DNA from: Prasinococcaceae sp. CCMP 1430
Taxonomy: Eukaryota > Plantae > Prasinodermophyta
Assembly: GCA_013416795.1 (NCBI GenBank)
Contig: RQSC01000003.1
Coordinates: forward strand, 182,288-246,287
Reading direction: 5' to 3'
DNA: 64,000 nt
Below, one piece after another: positions 12,801 through 20,954 of the stretch (within the stretch, counting starts at the first letter, position 1; every line of letters starts with the position of its first letter). The position numbers and the translations under genes were made by a program. The notes beneath the pieces were generated by a model, which saw only the letters and a program-made list of their open reading frames with translations, searched no databases and was not told where the DNA came from.

Positions 12801-15800
12801 CTCGCGTTTCTCGCGCGAGCTGCGCGCGCTCGCGCGCCAGTTCGACGAGGACGAAGCGCACCTGCTCGGCGGCCTGAGCCAGCTGCGGTCGACCGAGAAG
12901 CAGATGGTCACCCTGCGGTCGCAGCTCAAGTCCACCGCGCGGGACATCCGCGCCAAGGACGCCGAGGCGGCGCACACGCGCGCGCGCATGGAGCGCGAGG
13001 GCGCTTCGGCCGCTTCGGCGGCCGCGCACGCCGACGCCGCCGCCGCAGTGCTCGCCAGGAAGAGCTCCGAGGTCGACGCGGCGCAGGCCAAGGCCAAAGC
13101 GCAGCTCGCCGAGGCGGAGCCCGCCGCGAGCCAGGCGAGGGCGGGCGTGAGGGCCATCCAGCGCTCGCAGCTCGACGAGCTGCGGGCGCTCAAGCGCCCA
13201 CCGGGGGCGGTGCACCTGGCCATCGAAGCGACCATGCTCCTGCTGCACGGCCCCGATGGGGGCGAGGACGGCGAGGACTGCGAGGCGACACCCAATGCCA
13301 AGGGCGGGGGCACCGGCGCGTCGGCGACGCCCACGCCGAGCAAGCGCCCGCAGTCGAGCCCGATGCCAGGCGATCCGCTCACCCCAAGCACCGGGCAGGA
13401 CGAGGAGAACATGTCGCGTTGGCGCGCGCTCCTGCGGCGCATGAAGGGCGCGGAGTTCATCGCGGCGGTTCTCAACTTCGACGCCGAGGGGCTCGCGGAC
13501 GAGGTCTGCGACCGCTTCGAGGCGGACTTCGAGTCGAAGGAGGAGTTCGATCCGACGTCGGTGCGCAGGGCGAGCCGCGCGTGCGGCCACCTCGCGCAGT
13601 GGTGCATCGCGCAGGTCAAGTACGCTCGCGCCTTGCGCCGCAGCGCCCCGCTGCGCGCCGAGGTGACCCGCCTGGAAGGGATCGCCAGCGAGGCTCGCGA
13701 AAAGCTCGACCAAGCGCGCCTGGACAGCGACAGGCTCCAGGCGCGGGTGGCCAATCTTGCCGAGGAGCTGGAGGGGGTGACGCTCGCCCGGGAGAAGCTC
13801 GCCCAGCAGGCGGCCGCCAACGAGGCGCGCCTGGAGCGCCTCGAGCGCCTGCGCGAGGCCCTCAAGGTGGAGGAGAGCCGCTGGGCCAGCGAGGGCGCGT
13901 CCATGGAGGACCGCAAGCGCGCGCTCGCAGGCAGTGCTGCGCTGCGCGCGTGCTTCCTCGTGTACGGCGGCTCGCTCGGCGCGAGCGGCCGCGCGCGAGC
14001 CGTGCGCGCTTGGACCTCCATCCTGGCGGGCGCATCGCCCGTCCCGCTGCCGCCGCGCGTGGCGGGCGGCGTCGACGCGGCGACCTCGTCGGCGTCGCTG
14101 GCCGAGGCCATCGCCGGACCCGAACGCCTCGCCGCGTGGGCGTCCTCCGGCCTCGCGGCCGCCGGAGACAGAGCCGCGGCGGAGGCGGCGGTCGCCATCG
14201 AGCGAGCGGAGCGCACGCCCTTCGTGCTCGACCCGACGGGAGAGGTCGTGGCGGGCCTGATCGCGCTGGCGGCGCAGGAGCGGACCCGCGGTGGGCAGGC
14301 GACGCAGGTGGACACCGTCTCCGCGCTGTCGGATGGCTTCGTCAAGTCCCTCGAGAGCGCCATGCGCTTCGGCACGCATCTCATCGTGAGGGATGCCGAC
14401 GCGCTCGACCCGATCCTCAATCCGTACCTCAACGGCGACGTGCGAAAGGTTGGCGGCAGGCGCATCGTCAGGCTCGGCGCGGGGGACGTCGAGGTGTCGC
14501 CGAGCTTCCGGCTCATCCTCGCGAGCGAGCGCGACACGGCGTCCGCCCTCCCCGGCGACGTGGTGGCGCGCGTGACGCTCGTCGACGCGGCTGCGACGCC
14601 GCCGGCCGTCGCCGAGCGCTGCTTGGCGCGCGCGGTGAGCGTCGAGCGGCCCGCGCTCGAGGAGCGGCGCAACGAGCTCTCCGCCCAGGTCGCCTCGCTC
14701 GCTGCGAAGCAGCGCGCCCTGGAGCACGACCTGCTCGTTGCGCTCGCGCAGGCGCCGAGCTCGATGGTCGAGGACGACTCGCTGGCTGCGAAGCTCGAGG
14801 CGCTGACCAGCGAGGCGCAGCTGGTGACCTCGCGCGTCCAGGAGTCCGAGGCGCTCCTGCGCACGGTCGAAGAGGCGCGCGCCGTCTACAGGCCGCTCGG
14901 AAACGCCGCCGGACTGGCGTACCAGGCGCTCGGAGCGCTGCCCCGGCTGCACGCGCTCTACCAGTTCCCGATGGACGCCTTCATGGCCATATTCGATGAC
15001 GTCATTCGGACCAGTGATAGAGGCGGCGGCGACGGGGTTGCCGCGGGCGATGGCGCCTCCGACGGCGTTCGCGTGGAGGCCCTCGCGCTGCGCCTGCTCA
15101 GGCAGGTGTGCGACCGGGCGCGCACTGGCATGCTCGACAGGCACCACCTCCCGCTCGCCGTGGCCATGGCCGCCGCGCGCGCCGAGGCCAGAGGCCAATC
15201 GAGGCCGCTGCTCGCGGCCCTGCGCGTCGTCGCAGGGTTCGTGTCGCCCGCCGCGGCCAGGTGTGTGTGTGTGGGGGGTGTTTTTGCTGCTGCTGCAGGG
15301 GGCGGCGGCGGTGGCGGTGGCGACGACGACGACCGCAGCAGCGTGCGCGAGGGTCTGGCGCAGGAGGAGGAGGAGGAGGTGGAGGAGGAGAAGGAGGCTG
15401 TTTCCGTTTCCGCGCCGGCCGGGATGGCGGCGGCACAGTGGCAGAGCGTCTTGGAGGCGCTGCCGGATGCCTCGCTGGCGCGGGTGGTGTCGCCCGCGCT
15501 TGCAGCGTCCGCCGATGGACTCGAGCGCTTCCTCGCCGCCTCGGATGCCGAAGCGCGCGTGCCACCTCCGCCCGAGGGCTGGGCGAGCGCCCTCGCGTCG
15601 GCGTTCGCGTCGGGCAATGTCGACGCCACTGGCGCCACTGGCGCCGCGGACGACGCCCACCTCGCGCGCACCGTGTGGGAGCTGCTCCTGGTGCGCGCGC
15701 TGCGCGTGGACCGCCTGACGGCGCTGCTCTCGACCGTGGTGGAGTCGCAGCTGGGCGAGGGCGCGTCGGTCGCGCCGGACGTCGTGGGCGCCCTCGACGA

Positions 15801-16980
15801 GATCACCAAGCGCGCGCGCGACGACGCCCGGGCGGGCGAGGTGCGCTCGGGCGCGGCGCGCGCGGCGAGGCCGGTGCTGCTGGCGTGCGTGACCGGCGTG
15901 GACGGCGGCGACCGCATCGCGGAGGTGGCCGCGTCGAACGGCCACCCCTTGGTGTCGGTGGCCGCCGGCGGCGACGGCGGCGACGAGGCGGCAGGGCGGG
16001 CGCTCGGGGACGCCGCGCGGGAGGGCGCCTTCTGCGTGCTGCGCAACGTGCACCTGGCGCCGTCGTGGCTGCCGCTGGTCAAGCGCTTCCTGGCGGGCGA
16101 GGGCGCTGAGGCCGCGCCGGGCTTCCGCCTCTTCCTGACGATGGAGATCGGAGTCGACGCGCGCCCCGTCGTGCAGCTCGGCTTCCCCGCCGAGGTGAAG
16201 ATGCTCGAGCCGGCCCCTGGCATCAAGCACGCCATCAGGCGCTCGCTCGCCGCGGCGCCGCTCCTGCCCGCGGCCGCGTCGGCCGGCGCGCGCGCCGTCC
16301 ACGCGTGCCGCCCGCGCGTGCGCCTGTTGCTGGCGTGGCTGCACGCCGCGCTCAACGAGCGGTGCAGGTACTGGCCGGCCGCGGGCTTCGGCGTGCGCTA
16401 CGACTTCGGCGACGCCGACGAGCGCGCGGCGCTGCGGCTCGTCGACTCGTGGCTGGCGGCCGGCGCGGAAAAGGTGGGGGGGGAGGAGGAGGAGCCGACG
16501 GTGCGCTGGGACGCGCTGCGTGGCGCGCTGCTCTCGGCGGCGTACGGAGGCAGGGTGGAGCGACTTGAGGATGCCAATGCGCTGGAGGAGCTCGTCGGGG
16601 CGCTCTTCGTCCCCGCGGCAGCCGACGCGCGCGCGCCGTTCGACGTGGCGTGCGGCGCGCTTTTGGCCGCGGAGATGCCTGCTGCTGTTGGGGGTGCCGC
16701 CGAGGGGTCGGGCGCGGGGTCGGGCGGCGGCGTGTGCGCGATTGCGCCGCTGCCGCCGCTGGTTGTCGGGGAGGGAGGAGCGGCGGAGGACGCCGCGGCG
16801 CTGCGCGCGTGGGTGGAGGCGCTGCCCGACCACGGCGACGCGGCGGCCGGCGCCGTGCCCGTGTGGATCGGCTTGCCTTCCACGGCCGAGCGAGGACGGC
16901 TGGAGGCCGGAGGGAGGGGGGTGCTGGGCGTTGCTGGGAGCATGGGGGCGTGTTTTTTTTGGGGGGGGGGAGGTGTGTGA
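3893..16980 (+). CDS. DYNC1H1: Dynein heavy chain, cytoplasmic dynein-1 class (about 4260 aa; exons 3893-9867, 10011-11130, 11287-16980)
   Basis: Linker DRHW; AAA1 TPLTDRCYLT..PFGPAGTGKTE and HYDFSLRALK; AAA2 GEAGHGKT, LDPKAL, SRCGVVW; AAA3 DTVRHE..CGPPGTGKTMTL, YGTQ, HYVTSPRELSRWIRG; AAA4 FLERLNALLTSGEVPGLF, LHVVFTMNP, QWFGDW; then stalk/MTBD, AAA5 and AAA6. Splicing 9868-10010 (GTGCG..ACTGAC..CAG) restores SLNSVLDDN. 11131-11286 is an in-frame GT-AG intron with a CTGAC branch point. Confidence 0.92.
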
Positions 16981-17498
16981 GTGAGGGGGGTGACCCGCGT
17001 TGTATCATAGTCTAATCAGAATTATTCCTACTGCTGCACCGTGCAGTGCGCGCAGCACCTCGGCGCGAGCGCTGTTCTGAGAGGCGAGGCGCCAGGTGGC
17101 GCGGGCCTGCAGGGTCGAAGGGGACATGGGAGGCATGCCTTGGTGGGCACGCGGACGCTCGCGAGCAACGACCGCCCGGGCGCCGCACCGGCAGGGGTTT
17201 CAATCATCGAGGTCTTGGTCTTACGCACGCGCGCGCGCACACGCACTCACTCCGGTATCAATTGAGACCCACACCACCGCACCGCAACCTCACACACATA
17301 CACACCTCGGACACACATGAGAGCGTGCGCGCACACACACACAAAAAAAAATTGAGAGAGAAACAGGGCGGCTACCACACGCGCCGGATGTGTGCGTGGG
17401 CGTGGTGTCTCCCTCAGCTTACTGCTCTCACAATTCTCTAGGTGAAGCGCCACCGCACACGTGTGTGTGTGAATGTCGGCTCTTGTAGCGGTGGCGGA

Positions 17499-18851
17499 TC
17501 AGTGGCCGTAGGCGCCGTCACGGGCGGGAGCCTCGGTGGGGCTGTACACGGGCCTGACGGGCTTGACTGGAGCATCGGTTGGTGTAATAGGCGACTTGGT
17601 CGGAGGGTACACCGGCGCGTCAGTGGGCGTGACCGGCGACTTGGTGGGTGCTACAACGGGCACTTCGGTGGGCGCGCCAACGGGAAGCGGCTTCACCGGC
17701 GCCCTGGTCGGGTTGTCTGCAGGCACAACCCAGTGGATTGGCGCCTTTGTGGGCACGGCTGGCTCGAAGGGCGCCTTCGTCGGCGCCGTCGGAGGCTCGA
17801 ACGGGGACTTGGTGGGGCGCCCAGGCGCGGGGATGTCAGGGTACTTGCCCACGGGGGCCTTGGTGGGGTATGGCACGGGAGGAGGGGTGGGCGAGCAAGT
17901 GCACGGCGGGCAGATGGGCGTCGTAGGGGCGTCGGTCGGCGTGATGGGCGACTTCGTCGGCACAGGCACGGGGCGCACAGGCTTGACGGGCGCGTCGGTC
18001 GGCGTGATGGGCGACTTGGTGGGCGGCTCCACAGGCGCGTCGGTCGGCGTGATGGGCGACTTGGTGGGCACCGGCACGGGGCGCACGGGCTCCACGGGGG
18101 CGTCGGTCGGCGTGATGGGCGACTTGGTGGGCACCGGCACGGGGCGCACGGGCTCCACGGGGGCGTCGGTCGGCGTGATGGGCGACTTGGTGGGCACCGG
18201 CACGGGGCGCACGGGCTCCACGGGCGCGTCGGTCGGGGTGACGGGCGACTTGGTGGGCGCCTCCACCGGCACGATGGGTTCGGCCGGCGCCTTGGTAGGT
18301 GGAGCCTTGGTAGGGACGAGGGGCTTGTACGGCGCCTTTGTGGGGAGCACAGGCGCCTTCGTGGGCGGAGAGTATTCAGTAGGCCTCATCGGCTTCGGCT
18401 CCACTGGCGCCTTGGTGGGTTGGTGGCAGTAGTCCGTGCAGCACGCGATCGCCGCGGTGTCGGAAGGGTCCGAGCAGGTGGCGTCGCCCGCGTCGTTCCC
18501 ACGGTACGTGAAGGCCCTGTGGCCGCCGCAGCCGTCGCCGGACCATATCTTGTTGAGCGACGCGTCGCAGCCGTACTCGCCGGGGACCATCTGCGCGCCC
18601 CACTCGTCGGCGGTGCACAGACGCGCGCCGATGCGCGCGCACGCGTCCTCGGCGGCGGCGTAGTCGCCCGAGGCGCAGCCGCCGGGCAGCGCAGCGCGCG
18701 TGCCGCACACGGCGCCCGACGTGCCCCAGCCCTCGGGCCAGCTCGGCTGCTCCTGGCAGCAGACGTGGTCGTAGTGGTGAATTGCGGCGGCCGAGCGGGC
18801 GGTGGCACCGCCGGCGATCGCCAGCGCCGCGGCGACGGCGGTGGCACGCAT
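17499..18851 (-). CDS. Secreted/surface glycoprotein: signal peptide, Cys-rich domain, Pro/Thr-rich PTKAP/PTDAP repeat stalk
   Basis: 450-aa ORF; hydrophobic N-terminus MRATAVAAALAIAGG; ~110-aa Cys-rich module containing ACARIGARLCT; many PTKAP/PTKSP/PTDAP pentapeptides. Confidence 0.8.
   Translation of the reverse strand: MRATAVAAALAIAGGATARSAAAIHHYDHVCCQEQPSWPEGWGTSGAVCGTRAALPGGCASGDYAAAEDACARIGARLCTADEWGAQMVPGEYGCDASLNKIWSGDGCGGHRAFTYRGNDAGDATCSDPSDTAAIACCTDYCHQPTKAPVEPKPMRPTEYSPPTKAPVLPTKAPYKPLVPTKAPPTKAPAEPIVPVEAPTKSPVTPTDAPVEPVRPVPVPTKSPITPTDAPVEPVRPVPVPTKSPITPTDAPVEPVRPVPVPTKSPITPTDAPVEPPTKSPITPTDAPVKPVRPVPVPTKSPITPTDAPTTPICPPCTCSPTPPPVPYPTKAPVGKYPDIPAPGRPTKSPFEPPTAPTKAPFEPAVPTKAPIHWVVPADNPTRAPVKPLPVGAPTEVPVVAPTKSPVTPTDAPVYPPTKSPITPTDAPVKPVRPVYSPTEAPARDGAYGH
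17930..18260. repeat. Coding tandem repeat, 63-bp unit (PTKSPITPTDAPVEPVRPVPV)
   Basis: Three near-identical 63-bp units at about 18040-18230 plus degenerate flanking copies. Confidence 0.9.
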
Positions 18852-20464
18852 GGTGGGGGTTGGTGGTGGTGGTCAGTGGGCGTGACCTTAAGAGGGTACG
18901 TGGGGGGGGGGGAGGATGTGTGCGGTGTGTGTGCTGTGGCACGCCTCCCTCCCTCTCGCGCCCCCCACCCCCCACCCTCTCCCCCTCCCACCCACCCACC
19001 CACCCGCCACCCAACCCCTCCATTCCCTTCCCTCTCCCAGCACCATTGCCCGGCCTTGCAGCTCGCGAGGGTGGTTCCCACCGCCAGCACCAGGCCACCC
19101 CCGCACCCTCGGCATCGCCTGCCCGACCGACCCGAAGCCGAGAGAGAGGCGGCGCGTGCGGCGGGGACAGAGCGCGTTGCCGCCCCCTTCGGGCCTCCGT
19201 CCCCCCACGCGCGCACGCCGGCGGCCGGTGGCGTTCGCGCGGTCAGCCAGGGGCGAGACGACCGGCCGCGCGGCGTCCCTCCGGTCGGCAGCACGCGAGG
19301 CGCGCTGACTGCCCCCCCCCTTCCCCCTTCCCCCCTCCGCCATCATCAGCCGTGCCGCCGTTCCCCCCTTGCGCTATCTTTTGCCTGCCTCTCCCCACAG
19401 CACGTGCACCCTCGGCGAGGCGTGGGCGCGCTGCCCTCGGGCGCGGCGCCGCTGACCGCCCCCTGACTGGCGCGCGCTGTTGTGTCGCGTGTTTTGCCCC
19501 CTACTGCGCGCTCCGCCCTCGCAGCGCGGTCCCGCGGCGGCGAGTGGCCGCGCGCGGGCGCCCTCGGCGCGGATCCGCGCGCGCCCCCCCATGGCACCGC
19601 CGCCATGGAAGGTCGCGGCGATTGCGGAGGGAAATGCGGCGAATGCAACGGGCGCGGACGCGCTGACCCGTTCTCCCCCCCCCCTCCGCGCGCCGCCATC
19701 GCCGCGAGCACTGGCCCCTCGCACCAAGAGCGCGGACCCGCTGACCGCGCGCGCGCTGACCGCCGTCGCTGCCAACGCCCGCGCGGAAAATGAAATGACA
19801 ATGGAAATCACGTCCCATTCAATTTGACGTCAGGCGAAGCCACGGACGCCTCCGATCGATCTCCCGTGGCATAAAAAGCCTCTCGGCCGCACCCGCGTGC
19901 GCGTCGAGGCGACTCGTGTCAGTTCGCACGCGCGTGCCGTCATCTGTCATCTGATGATGCGGTGCCAGCATACGATCTTACGAACGTCTGTTTGCCACTG
20001 TAACTGCCACACAGGAGATGGTACCGGACACCATCATGATACAGTTCCATCATGATTGTACTTAGTACAGTCCCTACAGTACCAGGTACCATCGTGATGG
20101 TTTTTCACGACAGCGCGCCTGTCCGAGTGCGAGGGGGCACGTGCCATCTGATGGCAGCGGGCGGGGCCTCCAAGGGCGCGCACGGACGGCGGGTTCTGCC
20201 GAGGATGACGTTGGTTGCCTCAGGTCAAACCGAAGGGGCGTCCCAAATTGGTAACAATGCCTGCAAGGTCCTCCCGCATGTATTTTTTTGCCGTTGCTGC
20301 AATGTGTTGTTAATTGTTGGGCGCGTGAATGCCGCAGCGGGCGGCTGGGCAAGTGCACGCGCCCGCCGTCGCCGGCGCCGGCGCCGTTGCCAGCCCACGC
20401 GCCAGAGCGCGTCCCGGGCGCGCGCGCAACGTGAGAGTCGGCGCCGCCCCGCGTGCCCCGCGCG

Positions 20465-20673
20465 ACCTTGCACCACTCTGTCACAGTATCGCACAGCGCC
20501 TCGCCTCCGTTGGACGCCGTCAGCGCTTGGCGCGACTGCCTGCAGTGCGCGCCCTTGAGGATGTCCGTGTGGGACGACCTCAAGGGCGCGCGCTGCAGGC
20601 AGTCGCGCCAAGCGCTGACGGCGTCCAACGGAGGCGAGGCGCTGTGTGATGCCGTGACCGAGTGGTGCAAGGT
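20465..20673. repeat. Long inverted repeat (fold-back): 102-bp arms, 5-nt loop
   Basis: 20465-20566 is the reverse complement of 20572-20673 with 7 mismatches, paired base by base by hand; loop GTGTG. Confidence 0.95.
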
Positions 20674-20839
20674 AAGGGACATCAAGAGGCCGGACGCCGT
20701 CGTCCTCGAGGAGCTAAGGAGCTCCCACCCCTACGCCAAGTCGTGGGACTTGCGCGCCGCGCTCGCCAACGCCAGGGCCAGGCTGGCCACACCGGCTCCG
20801 GCGCCGCCGCCTCCGGCTTCGGGGGCGCAGCAGAAGTAA
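20561..20839 (+). CDS. Small hypothetical protein (92 aa) whose 5' third forms the right arm of the fold-back
   Basis: ATG at 20561, mostly G/C-ending codons, TAA followed by an AT-rich tail convergent with the HrpB 3' end; no family recognised. Confidence 0.4.
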   Translation: MSVWDDLKGARCRQSRQALTASNGGEALCDAVTEWCKVRDIKRPDAVVLEELRSSHPYAKSWDLRAALANARARLATPAPAPPPPASGAQQK

Positions 20840-20954
20840 GAACCATGTTATAAACTAGTAGTCTACTTCTTGCCTTTGGCCTTCTTGGCGGCGCGCGCGG
20901 GCTGGCGGCGCCCCCCACCCGCCCCCCCTCCGCCGCTACCTCCACCGCCACCCC

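Noticed and set aside
15261-15298. Intron-like GTGTGT..CTGCAG patch inside the dynein
   Set aside because: 38 nt is not a multiple of three, there is no branch point, and the frame reads through; treated as low-complexity coding or low-quality sequence
11634-16833. Very long antisense and alternate-frame ORFs (1076, 1358 and 809 aa) over the dynein
   Set aside because: Shadow ORFs of GC-rich coding sequence; Arg/Ala/Ser-rich with no motifs. The same applies to most other ORFs in the track.
17930-18260. Regular direct repeats as a possible CRISPR array
   Set aside because: No unique spacers; the units encode in-frame Pro/Thr repeats; eukaryotic context with no cas genes
18376-19830. Overlapping ORFs upstream of the PT-repeat gene
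   Set aside because: G/C-run low complexity with no motifs; likely 5' UTR intron and promoter
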